From Candidatus Albibeggiatoa psychrophila (GTDB lineage Bacteria; Pseudomonadota; Gammaproteobacteria; Beggiatoales; Beggiatoaceae), in assembly GCA_035829175.2 (NCBI GenBank), contig JAYQWJ020000481.1:1-28793 (forward strand): 28,793 nucleotides of DNA, given 5' to 3'. Every line of letters begins with the position of its first letter. Positions within the stretch are counted from its first letter, which is position 1. The notes beneath the pieces were generated by a model that made no database searches, was not told the DNA's origin, and saw nothing but the letters and a program-made list of their open reading frames with translations. Of this stretch, positions 1 to 9,418 are shown piece by piece. Position numbers and translations under genes: made by a program.

Positions 1-1524
1 CATGCGGCAAAAGTGTATAAACACTATCAAAAACAGTTAAAAGCCTATAATGCGGTTGATTTTGATGATTTGATTGCTTTGCCTGTATTCCTATTTCAGC
101 AACATCCTGAGGTTTTACAAAAATGGCAAGCCAAGATTCATTATTTATTGGTGGATGAATATCAAGATACCAATGGCAGCCAATATCAAATGGTTAAATT
201 ACTGGTTGGTGAGCGTTCTGGCCTAACCGTGGTGGGTGATGACGATCAGTCTATTTACGCATGGCGCGGCGCACAACCTGAAAATATGAATTTATTAAAA
301 CAGGATTTTCCAACGTTGCAAGTGGTTAAATTAGAGCAAAATTATCGTTCTAGCAATAATATTCTTAAAGCAGCGAATAGTGTAATTGCCAATAATCCGC
401 ATGTGTTTGATAAAAAACTATGGAGTGATAAAGGGGCTGGCGATGAATTGCGAGTGATTGAAACGCGCGGGGCTGAACATGAAGCAGAAAAAGTAGTCTC
501 TGAGTTAATGAATCATAAATTTCGTTATCGTACTGATTATGAAGACTTTGCCATTTTATATCGCAGCAATCATCAAGCACGTTTATTTGAAACAGAATTG
601 CGCAATCGTCAAATTCCCTATTATCTCAGTGGTGGAACGTCATTTTTCTCGCGCGGGGAAATTAAAGATATTATGGCTTATTTGCGATTATTGGTAAATC
701 AGGATGATGATAACGCTTTTTTACGCATCGCCAATGTGCCACGCCGTGAAATTGGCATGACGACTTTGCACAAATTAGGTGAATATGCTCAGCAACGCCA
801 TATCAATTTATATGCTGCGAGTTTGGAATTGGGTTTAGCAAATCAGCTTTCGAGTCGTGCATTGCAGAATTTGCAACGTTTCACTCATTGGATTGGACAA
901 TTGGCAGCACGAGCTACTTATGAACCACCAATAACTTTGATTAAATCTTTGATTGATACAATTAAATATGAAGACTGGCTAAAAGAAACGGGTAAAGATA
1001 AACATATCGCTGGGATGCGAATGGACAATGTGAATGAGTTGATTGAATGGTTGAATCGCTTACATGAGCAGGAACAAAAAAGTTTACCTGAGTTGGTTAC
1101 GCATATTATGTTGCTTGATGTGTTGGATCGACAAAATGATGAAGATAATAAGGAAGGCGTGGCATTGATGACCTTACATGCAGCCAAGGGTTTGGAGTTT
1201 CCGCATGTGTTTTTGGTTGGAATGGAAGAGGACATATTACCGCATCATGGCAGTATGGACGAGGCTGGAATTCAAGAAGAACGACGTTTGGCTTATGTGG
1301 GAATTACTCGCGCCCAGAAAACTTTAGTGATGACTTATGCTGAGCGGCGCAAAAAATTTGGAGATTGGATTGATACTGAGCCAAGTCGTTTTTTACAGGA
1401 AATTCCTGAAGATATTTTGTCTTGGGAGCATCGAAAATCGAAGCCAAAAGTCGATAAAAAAGAAACCAAACAGTTAGGCAATGCCCATATTGCTCATTTG
1501 CGTGATATATTGGAAAAAAAATGA
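1..1524 (+). CDS. rep: ATP-dependent DNA helicase Rep (5'-truncated by window edge)
   Basis: Frame is open from base 1 (HAAKVYKHYQ...). Shows SF1 helicase motifs LLVDEYQDTN, VGDDDQSIYAWRGA, LEQNYRS, AILYRSNHQ, MTLHAAKGLEFP and EERRLAYVGITRA. C-terminus PSRFLQEIP...W...GNAHIAHL resembles E. coli Rep rather than UvrD. Confidence 0.93.
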   Translation, partial: HAAKVYKHYQKQLKAYNAVDFDDLIALPVFLFQQHPEVLQKWQAKIHYLLVDEYQDTNGSQYQMVKLLVGERSGLTVVGDDDQSIYAWRGAQPENMNLLKQDFPTLQVVKLEQNYRSSNNILKAANSVIANNPHVFDKKLWSDKGAGDELRVIETRGAEHEAEKVVSELMNHKFRYRTDYEDFAILYRSNHQARLFETELRNRQIPYYLSGGTSFFSRGEIKDIMAYLRLLVNQDDDNAFLRIANVPRREIGMTTLHKLGEYAQQRHINLYAASLELGLANQLSSRALQNLQRFTHWIGQLAARATYEPPITLIKSLIDTIKYEDWLKETGKDKHIAGMRMDNVNELIEWLNRLHEQEQKSLPELVTHIMLLDVLDRQNDEDNKEGVALMTLHAAKGLEFPHVFLVGMEEDILPHHGSMDEAGIQEERRLAYVGITRAQKTLVMTYAERRKKFGDWIDTEPSRFLQEIPEDILSWEHRKSKPKVDKKETKQLGNAHIAHLRDILEKK

Positions 1525-1608
1525 TTTTTACAGAAAACGACCAAATGCGAGTAATGTAACAACATTTAGAGTTAAAAAAGTCTTTATGCAGTGTAATAAA
1601 ATTCAGAT

Positions 1609-1641
1609 GGCAAGAATCTCGTCAAATTCCCAATTCTTGCC
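1609..1641. terminator. Inverted repeat between convergent rep and VWA genes; possible bidirectional terminator
   Basis: GGCAAGAAT (1609-1617) and ATTCTTGCC (1633-1641) form a 9-bp perfect stem with a 15-nt loop. There is no clear U-tract on either side. Confidence 0.3.
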
Positions 1642-1716
1642 GAAGATATTTAAGAGATTGAATAATAAATAATAGTGCTATTAAGGGTTTACAAAATGAC
1701 TGCTTGTTGAATCGCC

Positions 1717-2691
1717 TTAATTTGCTTCATACACTCTCAAGCTCAAAATATACAATCCTAGCAAAGCCAATAAGCCAATAATTAATGGAATACGATACAA
1801 AGGCGTGCGTTGCAAATAAATACGGCTATCGGCTTCCGTTTTCTGTAGGGTTTTATCAATTGTGCTATACACTTGGCTCAGTGCATTTAAATTGGTGGCA
1901 GCAAAATAGACTCCATCGGTCATCTTGGCAATTTCCCGTAGCGTTTGCTCATCAAATCCACCTCCAAAAATGCCTGAAAGCTGTCCGACACCAATCGTAT
2001 AAATCCGAATATGATACTGTTTTGCGATTTCAGCCGCTTTTAATGGGGATAATTCTCCTGCGGTATTTTCACCATCTGTGAGTAAAATCAAAACTCTGGA
2101 ATCTTCCGGACGTTCACGTAATTTTTTCACTGCCAAACCAATCGCATCACCAATCGCAGTTTTTGTCCCTGCCATACCAATTGCTGCACGTTCAATAAAA
2201 GATTTAATTGCTTGATTATCTAAGGTTAATGGTGATTGCAAATAAGCTTGGTCAGCGAATAATACTAAGCCAATCCTATCACCTGCCCGTTTTTCTACGA
2301 ATGGTACAAGTACCACTTTTACAGCTTGTAAGCGCGTGAGTTGGCGTTGACGTAAGCGGAAATCGGCTTCCAACATCGATTTTGATAAATCAACCGCTAG
2401 CATCAGGTCATAACCTGATTGTCTGACTTCAACCTGTTTGTCTACCCATTGTGGCGACATTGCAGCGCAGACAAAACTTATCCATGTGAGCCAAAGCAAT
2501 ATCCAACGCAAAATTAACCAGCGATTACGGGTTGGCGCAACGCCTGAGACTTGAAACGCTTGTTGTACAAAAGTTAAATTAGGGATACGAATTTGAGGTA
2601 AATGTGAGGCTTGACGTTGTGGCCATAACCACCAAATTAAGATTGGCAAAGGTAATAATAGGGCAAACCAAGGATATTGAAAGCTGAACAT
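1717..2691 (-). CDS. BatA-like membrane-anchored von Willebrand factor A (VWA) domain protein
   Basis: N-terminal F.F.YPWFALLLPLP and second TM helix, MIDAS motif VDLSKSM, DRIGLVLFA, TAIGDAIGLA, ILLTDGEN, IYTIGVG, C-terminal TM. Confidence 0.88.
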   Translation of the reverse strand: MFSFQYPWFALLLPLPILIWWLWPQRQASHLPQIRIPNLTFVQQAFQVSGVAPTRNRWLILRWILLWLTWISFVCAAMSPQWVDKQVEVRQSGYDLMLAVDLSKSMLEADFRLRQRQLTRLQAVKVVLVPFVEKRAGDRIGLVLFADQAYLQSPLTLDNQAIKSFIERAAIGMAGTKTAIGDAIGLAVKKLRERPEDSRVLILLTDGENTAGELSPLKAAEIAKQYHIRIYTIGVGQLSGIFGGGFDEQTLREIAKMTDGVYFAATNLNALSQVYSTIDKTLQKTEADSRIYLQRTPLYRIPLIIGLLALLGLYILSLRVYEAN

Positions 2692-3035
2692 AGTCGGATT
2701 TTTATCATTTTAAATTCCAATGCAATATAGGGGTATTTGTTAGAAGACTCAAGGTTTAGCTAAATATCTCTTGTTGCAAACCATGAAAATAATAGACCTT
2801 AGATGAATTTTTTCTGATGATTCGCTTTGAGAGATTTCGTTTGTCAGTCGCATTTCACGCTAAACTTAGCTAAAATATGCTGTTTTGAGTATTAAGCTCA
2901 TTTTAAAACAAATCAACTTTATATTGAATAAACTGAATACGCATAACAACTAAAAACTATTGTTTACCTAAAGTTAATCCCAACATAAACAATACCCTAA
3001 AATTTAAAAAATACAGCTAGAGCTTAAGGACATCA

Positions 3036-4001
3036 ATGAACCTCAACTTTCTGGACTTTGAACAACCTATTGCAGAACTAGAAGCAAAAATTGAAGAATT
3101 GCGCTATGTTAGCAACGATAATGATATTAATATCAGTGATGAAATTGAACGCCTTAAAACAAAAAGCCAAGAACTGACAAAATCTATTTTTTCATCCTTA
3201 ACTGCTTGGCAAATCTCACAACTAGCACGCCATCCGCAGCGTCCGTATACTTTAGATTACGTTCATCATGTCTTTACTGATTTCCAAGAATTACATGGAG
3301 ATCGTACTTTTTCTGATGATCCTGCGTTAATCTGTGGTTTAGCTCGATTAAATGAACGTCCTGTTGTGGTTCTTGGGCAGCAAAAAGGGCGTGATACAAA
3401 AGAAAAAATTCAGCGAAACTTTGGTATGCCACGTCCAGAAGGTTATCGAAAAGCATTGCGTCTCATGAAAATGGCAGAACGGTTTAAATTACCTATTTTA
3501 ACTTTTATTGATACACCCGGTGCATATCCCGGTGTTGATGCCGAAGAACGTGGACAAAGTGAAGCCATTGCACGTAATTTATACGAAATGTCCAATTTGA
3601 AAACGCCGATTATTTGCACTGTTATTGGTGAAGGCGGTTCTGGTGGCGCATTGGCAATTGGTGTGGGTGATAGAATTTGTATGTTGGAGTATAGTACCTA
3701 CTCAGTCATTTCTCCTGAAGGCTGTGCATCTATTCTCTGGAAAAGTGCTGAAAAAGCCCCTGATGCGGCTGAAGCAATGAATATGACTTCTGGACGCTTA
3801 AAAGAATTGGGCTTAATTGATGAAATTATTGCCGAACCATTGGGCGGCGCACATCGCAGTATGCCAACCATGTATGAAAACTTGAGTAAGACACTGAATA
3901 AAGTCTTAGATGAACTTGAAAAACAGCCTGTTGATGAACTTGTTGAAGCCCGTTATCAGCGTTTTACGAGTTTTGGCGAATTTATCGAAGAAACGCTATA
4001 A
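3036..4001 (+). CDS. accA: Acetyl-CoA carboxylase carboxyltransferase alpha subunit
   Basis: [86 protein letters not shown] Shine-Dalgarno upstream. Confidence 0.98.
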   Translation: MNLNFLDFEQPIAELEAKIEELRYVSNDNDINISDEIERLKTKSQELTKSIFSSLTAWQISQLARHPQRPYTLDYVHHVFTDFQELHGDRTFSDDPALICGLARLNERPVVVLGQQKGRDTKEKIQRNFGMPRPEGYRKALRLMKMAERFKLPILTFIDTPGAYPGVDAEERGQSEAIARNLYEMSNLKTPIICTVIGEGGSGGALAIGVGDRICMLEYSTYSVISPEGCASILWKSAEKAPDAAEAMNMTSGRLKELGLIDEIIAEPLGGAHRSMPTMYENLSKTLNKVLDELEKQPVDELVEARYQRFTSFGEFIEETL

Positions 4002-4012
4002 AGACAATTTTT

Positions 4013-4330
4013 ATGACCATAATAGTGCAACCATTGTTTTTTATCGGACAGTTGATTTATCACTCTAGATTTAATTATCGCGGCGTGATTATCGATGTTG
4101 ACCCACACTTTATGCTATCTGAAGCATGGTATGAGCAAGTCGCAATATCACGTCCTCCAAAAGATGAACCTTGGTATCATATATTGGTACATGAGTCGGC
4201 TCAGCAAACCTATGTTGCACAAAGGAATTTGTCAGCAGACAGCTCTGACGAACCGATTGAACACCCCGCACTTAAACAATATTTTTTAGAGTTTAAACAA
4301 GGGCGTTATATTCTGAGTCGATTGAATTAA
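4013..4330 (+). CDS. hspQ: Heat shock protein HspQ (YccV-like domain)
   Basis: F.IGQLIYHSRFNYRGVIIDVDP...PWYHILV...TYVAQRNL...IEHP..GRY pattern typical of HspQ/YccV; 105 aa. Confidence 0.88.
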   Translation: MTIIVQPLFFIGQLIYHSRFNYRGVIIDVDPHFMLSEAWYEQVAISRPPKDEPWYHILVHESAQQTYVAQRNLSADSSDEPIEHPALKQYFLEFKQGRYILSRLN

Positions 4331-4352
4331 TCCGCCATTCCATCGGTGATTT

Positions 4353-4408
4353 AGGAGTACAAGATTTATCTTGCCTGTGTTGCTCGCATAGATTAACAAT
4401 GTACTCCT
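4353..4408. repeat. 56-bp segment bounded by 9-bp inverted repeats with an internal palindrome
   Basis: AGGAGTACA (4353-4361) and TGTACTCCT (4400-4408); internal CAAGAT-TT-ATCTTG (4360-4373). Confidence 0.4.
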
Positions 4409-4752
4409 GCAAGCTTTACGTAGTAAATCCCTTAGAAGTTATATTATTGTTCAACAAATTGAGCCAAAGCAGTCAAAAAGCCAGGTTTGCTGTATCAATT
4501 CATTCAGGCGATTTCTTTACAAGATGACAATATTCCCCCAAGACATATTAGACTCGAATAATATCAATCAAATATTTTTTATTTTCAGCGATTTATAATG
4601 TATCTTTGATGATTTCTTAAAAAGCCATCGCAGACACTAAACAATAACAAGAATCCAAAACTAACTTTAAATAAGTGCTGTAGCGCATATAAAAATCCGT
4701 TATAATGGATGGTTTTAATTCTTAATTGATTATTGTCATCACAGCATGACTA

Positions 4753-4769
4753 TGATATAAAGCACACGC
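4753..4769 (+). promoter_or_regulatory. Extended -10 promoter of rpsB-tsf with GC-rich discriminator
   Basis: TG-A-TATAAA-GCACACGC matches the conserved gammaproteobacterial rpsB promoter (TGnTATAAA followed by a GC-rich discriminator), immediately before the t44 leader. Confidence 0.7.
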
Positions 4770-4775
4770 TTTAAA

Positions 4776-4851
4776 TACACACATGTATCGTCACATATAT
4801 TAGGGTGCTCATTAAGAGTCAATATATGGGATACATGGAGGTATAAAACCC
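4776..4851 (+). ncRNA. t44: t44 RNA / rpsB 5' leader (S2 autoregulatory element)
   Basis: ACACACATGTATCGTCACATATATTAGGGTGCTCATTAAGAGTCAATATATGGGATACATGGAGGTATAAAACCC follows the E. coli t44 layout. Stems are CATGTATC/GATACATG, ATATATT/AATATAT and GCTC/GAGT, with conserved GGGT...GGAGG...ACCC. Confidence 0.92.
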
Positions 4852-4868
4852 TATTTCAGGAGATTTTT

Positions 4869-5774
4869 ATGGCTAATATTTCAATGCGCCAAATGTTAGA
4901 AGCTGGTGTTCATTTTGGACATCAAACTCGTTTTTGGAATCCTCAAATGCGTCCTTATATTTTTGGGGAACGCAATAAAATCCACATTATTAACCTTGAA
5001 GAAACATTACCACTCTATATTGATTCGGTAAATTTCCTTGGTAAATTAGCCTCCAAAAAAGGCAAAATTTTATTTGTGGGTACAAAACGCGCAGCACAAG
5101 AAGTTGTTAAAGCAGAAGCAAATCGTTGTGGTATGCCTTATGTTAATCGTCGTTGGTTAGGTGGTATGTTGACTAACTATAAAACGGTTCGTTCATCTAT
5201 CAAACGCTTGAAAGATTTAGAAGCGATGACAGCGGACGGTACATTAGACCAATTGACCAAGAAAGAAGCGTTATCACTTAGCCGTGAGTTAGACAAATTA
5301 GAACGCAGCTTAGGCGGTATTAAAGACATGAGTGGCTTACCTGATGCGTTATTTATCATTGACGTAGGTCATGAAAAAATTGCGGTTAGCGAAGCTAAAA
5401 AATTGGGTATTCCAGTGATTGGCGTAGTGGATACAAACAATAGTCCTAATAATATTGACTATGTTATTCCGGGTAATGATGATGCAATTCGTGCAATTAG
5501 CTTATATGCTAAAGGTATTGCCGATACTATTATCGAAGCCAAAGAAGCTAGCATGGAAGTCATGCCAGATGTTGACGCAAAACCTGAAGTAATAGAAGAA
5601 GTGAAAGCTGAAGAAGTAGCACCTGTTGCTGCTAAAACAGTTGAAGCCGTTGCACCACCTGTTGTTGAAGCTGCTGTTGCTGAAACAATTGAAGCAGCTG
5701 CACCACCTGTTGTTGAAGCTGTTGTTGCTGAAGCTGAACCAGCCGCTGAAAAACCTGCTGAAACCACTACATAA
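4869..5774 (+). CDS. rpsB: 30S ribosomal protein S2 with Ala/Glu/Val/Pro-rich C-terminal extension
   Basis: [73 protein letters not shown] Shine-Dalgarno. Confidence 0.99.
   Translation: MANISMRQMLEAGVHFGHQTRFWNPQMRPYIFGERNKIHIINLEETLPLYIDSVNFLGKLASKKGKILFVGTKRAAQEVVKAEANRCGMPYVNRRWLGGMLTNYKTVRSSIKRLKDLEAMTADGTLDQLTKKEALSLSRELDKLERSLGGIKDMSGLPDALFIIDVGHEKIAVSEAKKLGIPVIGVVDTNNSPNNIDYVIPGNDDAIRAISLYAKGIADTIIEAKEASMEVMPDVDAKPEVIEEVKAEEVAPVAAKTVEAVAPPVVEAAVAETIEAAAPPVVEAVVAEAEPAAEKPAETTT
5640..5735 (+). repeat. Two tandem 48-bp in-frame repeats in the rpsB tail
   Basis: 5640-5687 encodes [16 protein letters not shown] and 5688-5735 encodes [16 protein letters not shown]. 5651-5684 and 5699-5732 differ at 1 of 34 positions. 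Confidence 0.9.
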
Positions 5775-5784
5775 GACGCTGTCG

Positions 5785-5830
5785 ATAATATTCCTTGTTT
5801 CTAATATATTGGCGCAAGGGATATTATTTT
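5785..5830 (+). terminator. Long hairpin plus T-tract between rpsB and tsf (attenuator/partial terminator or processing site)
   Basis: ATAATATTCCTTG (5785-5797) pairs with CAAGGGATATTAT (5815-5827) with one G-U pair. Inner CTAAT/ATTGG stem; T run immediately after. Confidence 0.55.
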
Positions 5831-5848
5831 TAGACAATATCTTACATT

Positions 5849-5863
5849 AGGACAGCCAGTCCT
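5849..5863. repeat. REP-like 15-bp palindrome AGGAC-AGCCA-GTCCT
   Basis: Perfect 5-bp arms; same family as copies at 11457, 11502, 18190, 18207, 20334 and 20352. Confidence 0.55.
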
Positions 5864-5910
5864 TCTATTAAAAAACACCGAATTCATTAAGTATTAAGAG
5901 GTTAAACACA

Positions 5911-6780
5911 ATGGCGATTACAGCCGCTTTAGTTAAAGAACTACGTGAGCGTACTGGGGCTGGCATGATGGAATGCAAAAAAGCCTTAGTTGAAACCAAT
6001 GGTGATGTAGACGCAGCCATTGAAGCAATGCGTAAAGCGGGTCAAGCCAAAGCTGAGAAAAAAGCAGGTCGCGTAGCAGCAGAAGGCTTAATTGTTGTTC
6101 AAGCAGATGGCAACAAAGCTGCAATGTTAGAAATCAACAGTGAAACTGATTTTGTCTCCAAAGGTGATGATTTCAATAATTTCTGTAATAATGTTGTTGC
6201 AAAAGTTTTGGAAACGCAACCTGCTGATTTAGAAGCTTTATTAGCAACTAACTATAGCGATGGCAAAACAGTTGAAGAAGCCCGTAAAGACTTAATTGTC
6301 AAAATTGGTGAAAACATCTCAGTACGTCGTTTCGCATTATTAGAAAGTGAACAATTAGGCGTTTACTTGCATGGCACGCGTATCGGCGTTTTAGTTAATA
6401 TGCAAGGTGGAAACGAAGAACTTGCCAAAGATGTTGCAATGCACATTGCTGCAAGCCGTCCACAATTCACTAACGTTGACGAAGTTCCCGGTGATATAGT
6501 TGCAAAAGAAAAAGACATCTTAATTGCACAAGCGCAAGATAGCGGAAAACCACCTGAAATCATTGAAAAAATGGTTGGCGGTCGAATTAAAAAATACTTG
6601 GGCGAAATCACTTTATTAGGTCAACCTTTTGTGAAAAACCCAGACCAAACAGTTGAAGAATTATTAAAAGCAAACAGTGCAACAGTGAGTGGTTTTGTAC
6701 GTTTTGAAGTGGGTGAAGGGATTGAGAAAAAATCTGAAAACTTTGCCGATGAAGTCATGAAACAAGTACAAGGAAACTAG
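5911..6780 (+). CDS. tsf: Elongation factor Ts
   Basis: [72 protein letters not shown]. Confidence 0.99.
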   Translation: MAITAALVKELRERTGAGMMECKKALVETNGDVDAAIEAMRKAGQAKAEKKAGRVAAEGLIVVQADGNKAAMLEINSETDFVSKGDDFNNFCNNVVAKVLETQPADLEALLATNYSDGKTVEEARKDLIVKIGENISVRRFALLESEQLGVYLHGTRIGVLVNMQGGNEELAKDVAMHIAASRPQFTNVDEVPGDIVAKEKDILIAQAQDSGKPPEIIEKMVGGRIKKYLGEITLLGQPFVKNPDQTVEELLKANSATVSGFVRFEVGEGIEKKSENFADEVMKQVQGN

Positions 6781-6783
6781 TTA

Positions 6784-7503
6784 ATGTCAACCACCACTCC
6801 ACATCAGCGTGTATTGCTTAAACTCAGTGGCGAAGCCTTAATGGGTGATGCTGACTTTGGCATTAATGCTGATATTTTGGGGCAAACTGCACAAGCGGTG
6901 AAAGACATCGTAGAGCATAAAGTGCAAGTTGGCTTAGTGATTGGTGGTGGTAATATTTTTCGTGGCGTTAATTTATCCGCCAGTGGCATCGAGCGTGTGA
7001 CTGGTGACCAAATGGGCATGTTAGCAACGGTTATGAACGGTCTGGCGTTGCAGGATGCTTTAAAAAAAATGGATGTCGATACGCGTGTAATGTCGGCATT
7101 GCGTATTGATGGGGTTTGTGAGTATTATTCAAGTCGTGAAGCGATTCAGCATTTAGAAGCAGGTAAAGTCGTGATTTTTGTCGCAGGCACGGGCAATCCT
7201 CTATTTACAACTGATTCTGCTGCAAGTTTGCGTGCAATCGAGATTAAAGCCGATTTGATGATTAAAGCCACAAAAGTGGATGGCGTATATGATGCTGATC
7301 CTATTAAAAATCCCGATGCAAAGAAATTTACAACACTGAGTTATGATGAAACCATTGCGCGTCAATTAGGTGTAATGGATATGACGGCTGTGGTTTTGTG
7401 CCGCGAACATAATATGCCATTGCAAGTTTTAAATATGGGCAAGTCAGGTGCGTTATTACGTGCTGTGATGGGGCAAAATGAAGGCACATTAATCCATTCA
7501 TAA
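6784..7503 (+). CDS. pyrH: Uridylate kinase
   Basis: [70 protein letters not shown]. Confidence 0.98.
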   Translation: MSTTTPHQRVLLKLSGEALMGDADFGINADILGQTAQAVKDIVEHKVQVGLVIGGGNIFRGVNLSASGIERVTGDQMGMLATVMNGLALQDALKKMDVDTRVMSALRIDGVCEYYSSREAIQHLEAGKVVIFVAGTGNPLFTTDSAASLRAIEIKADLMIKATKVDGVYDADPIKNPDAKKFTTLSYDETIARQLGVMDMTAVVLCREHNMPLQVLNMGKSGALLRAVMGQNEGTLIHS

Positions 7504-7526
7504 AGGTTAAGAAGAGGGCAAAGATA

Positions 7527-8093
7527 ATGAGTGAAATGATGCAAATGGTGCAAGACGATGCCAAAGAACGCATGGGCAAAAGTATTGAAAGCCTCAAACA
7601 TGAATTCGTTAAAATCCGTACAGGTCGTGCACATACCAGTTTATTAGATCACATTAAAGTTGATTATTACGGCTCAGAAGTGCCTATTGCGCAAGCGGCT
7701 AGTGTGACTATTTTGGATTCAAGAACTTTAGGCGTAACACCGTTTGAAAAAGCCATGCTCTCAACGGTAGATAAAGCGATTTTAAATTCTGATTTGGGTT
7801 TAAATCCAACTAATGTTGGCAATATGTTGCGTGTGCCATTGCCAGCAATGACAGAAGAACGTCGCCGCGATTTGGTAAAAGTAGTACGTCATGAAGCAGA
7901 AAATGCTAAAGTTGCGGTGCGAAATATTCGCCGTGATGCCAACAATGAATTCAAAAAATTATTAAAAGACAAAGATATTTCTGAAGACGACGAGCGTCGT
8001 GCTGAAGACATCGTTCAAAAATTAACGGATAAGTATATCTCTAAAGCAGATGAAGTTTTAAAAGAAAAAGAAACTGAATTAATGGAAGTTTAA
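7527..8093 (+). CDS. frr: Ribosome recycling factor
   Basis: [55 protein letters not shown]. Confidence 0.98.
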   Translation: MSEMMQMVQDDAKERMGKSIESLKHEFVKIRTGRAHTSLLDHIKVDYYGSEVPIAQAASVTILDSRTLGVTPFEKAMLSTVDKAILNSDLGLNPTNVGNMLRVPLPAMTEERRRDLVKVVRHEAENAKVAVRNIRRDANNEFKKLLKDKDISEDDERRAEDIVQKLTDKYISKADEVLKEKETELMEV

Positions 8094-8159
8094 GTGGTGA
8101 TGGTGAGTTTTAAATAAGCTCATTATTAATGATTCACAGTCAACTGTTACAAGCACCTA

Positions 8160-8891
8160 ATGAGTGATTCTCAAATCCCACGTCATGTTGCTATTATTTT
8201 AGATGGTAATGGACGTTGGGCAAAAAAACGTTTTTTACCTCGTATCGCTGGACATAAAGTCGGTTTAGATACAGTTAAGAGTATTGTGCGTTATAGTGCA
8301 GAGCTAGGCATTGAAGCCTTGACCTTGTTTGCATTTAGCAGCGAGAATAGCCGTAGACCAAAAGATGAAGTTGGTATGTTATTTAAGTTGTTTTTAGCGG
8401 CGGTCAAAAACGAAGTACAAGAATTACATAAAAATAATGCGCAGCTTCGAGTTATTGGTGATAAAACGGTATTTCCCGCTGAGTTACAGCGTTATATGGA
8501 TGAAGCAGAACAGATAACTAAAAATAATACAGGTATTCAGTTAACTGTTGCGGCTAATTATGGTGGTCGTTGGGATATTACCCAAGCGGTACAAAATATT
8601 GCAAAACAGATTGAGCAAGGTGAATTATCTGCTAGTGATGTCAGTGAAGATTTAATTAGTCAGCATGTGAGTACCCAAGGGTTGCCTGAACCTGATTTAT
8701 TTATTCGTACAGGTGGTGAAACGCGGATTAGTAATTTTTTACTGTGGCAATTGGCGTACACTGAAATGTATTTCACAGATACCTTGTGGCCTGATTTTGA
8801 TATAAAACAATTTCAATTGGCATTAAATTCGTTTGCAAAGCGTGAACGGCGTTATGGACGCACCAGTGAGCAAGTGACCAAAGCCAAATGA
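8160..8891 (+). CDS. uppS: Undecaprenyl diphosphate synthase (cis-prenyltransferase)
   Basis: PRHVAIILDGNGRWA, LTLFAFSSEN.RRP..EV, AANYGGRWDI, PDLFIRTGGETRISNFLLWQLAYTE, RERRYG. Confidence 0.97.
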   Translation: MSDSQIPRHVAIILDGNGRWAKKRFLPRIAGHKVGLDTVKSIVRYSAELGIEALTLFAFSSENSRRPKDEVGMLFKLFLAAVKNEVQELHKNNAQLRVIGDKTVFPAELQRYMDEAEQITKNNTGIQLTVAANYGGRWDITQAVQNIAKQIEQGELSASDVSEDLISQHVSTQGLPEPDLFIRTGGETRISNFLLWQLAYTEMYFTDTLWPDFDIKQFQLALNSFAKRERRYGRTSEQVTKAK

Positions 8892-8908
8892 TCGATAAAA
8901 CTTGCTTA

Positions 8909-9284
8909 GGCACAGACCATCCGTTTTACTTATTGATGAAATTCACAAGTCTATGCTAGTGATAAGCAACAAGATGCTTTGAATGTGTTAAGCTTATTTT
9001 TGCTGGATCGCTTTAGACAATTCAGTCACGAGGAAATAATGCAAATGATGCACTTTAATTTATTAGATACCAGAGCGGGACAAGATATTTATCATATTGG
9101 CTTGCATGAAGGTGAAAATAAAGGAATCGTAAAAGGCAAGATTAAAGGTATCGCAGAAGGTGAAAAAAAGCGTGAGCAAGAAATTGCTAAAACCTTGTTA
9201 TTTAAAAAATTTGATGTGATGTCTATTATTGAAATTACAAACTTAACGAAAGCTGATGTTATTGCTTTGAAATCTAAAATTTAA
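8909..9284 (+). pseudogene. Internally deleted Rpn/DUF2887-like (PD-(D/E)xK nuclease / putative transposase) gene remnant
   Basis: Frame overlapping the uppS stop (8888-8959, MIDKTCLGTDHPFYLLMKFTSLC*) contains GTDHPFY, resembling the MKTDxxFY N-terminus of DUF2887 proteins. A second frame continues ...FRQFSHEEIMQMMHFNLLDTRAGQD...EG.NKG.VKG.IKG.AEG.KK..EIAKTLL...IIEITNL, typical of Rpn C-termini. The nuclease core is missing. Assignment is from recalled family patterns. Confidence 0.65.
9039..9284 (+). CDS. Putative stand-alone small Rpn C-terminal protein (RpnS-like, 81 aa)
   Basis: GAGGA Shine-Dalgarno at 9030-9034 precedes in-frame ATGs at 9039, 9045 and 9048. Frame is intact to TAA at 9282-9284. 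Five 12-bp (E/K)Gxx units at 9108-9167. Confidence 0.45.
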   Translation: MQMMHFNLLDTRAGQDIYHIGLHEGENKGIVKGKIKGIAEGEKKREQEIAKTLLFKKFDVMSIIEITNLTKADVIALKSKI

Positions 9285-9418
9285 CTTATTAGTGCTCAAA
9301 TTGCTAAATTTATATGCTTATCAAAATAATAAATCACTGTTTTAGAAAAATAATTATAAAAAAATTAAACATCTTAAAAGCTAACCAATCTGGCGTATGC
9401 CTGTCCTATGAGTCATAA

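Noticed and set aside
1481-1672. 63-aa ORF overlapping the end of rep
   Set aside because: No recognisable motif, overlaps rep out of frame, and runs through an AT-rich convergent spacer.
5626-5850. 74-aa + strand ORF resembling an amphipathic Leu/Lys/His toxin peptide ([19 protein letters not shown]...)
   Set aside because: It is an alternative-frame reading of the repetitive rpsB tail (GCT/GTT/GAA codons), with a TTG start and no Shine-Dalgarno. The minus-strand ORFs 5459-5767 and 5502-5837 are shadows of the same repeat.
8099-8128. Weak hairpin between frr and uppS sharing TAAGCTCATT with the 2881-2910 region
   Set aside because: Relies on several G-U pairs in AT-rich sequence; a 10-nt match is within chance and there is no U-tract.
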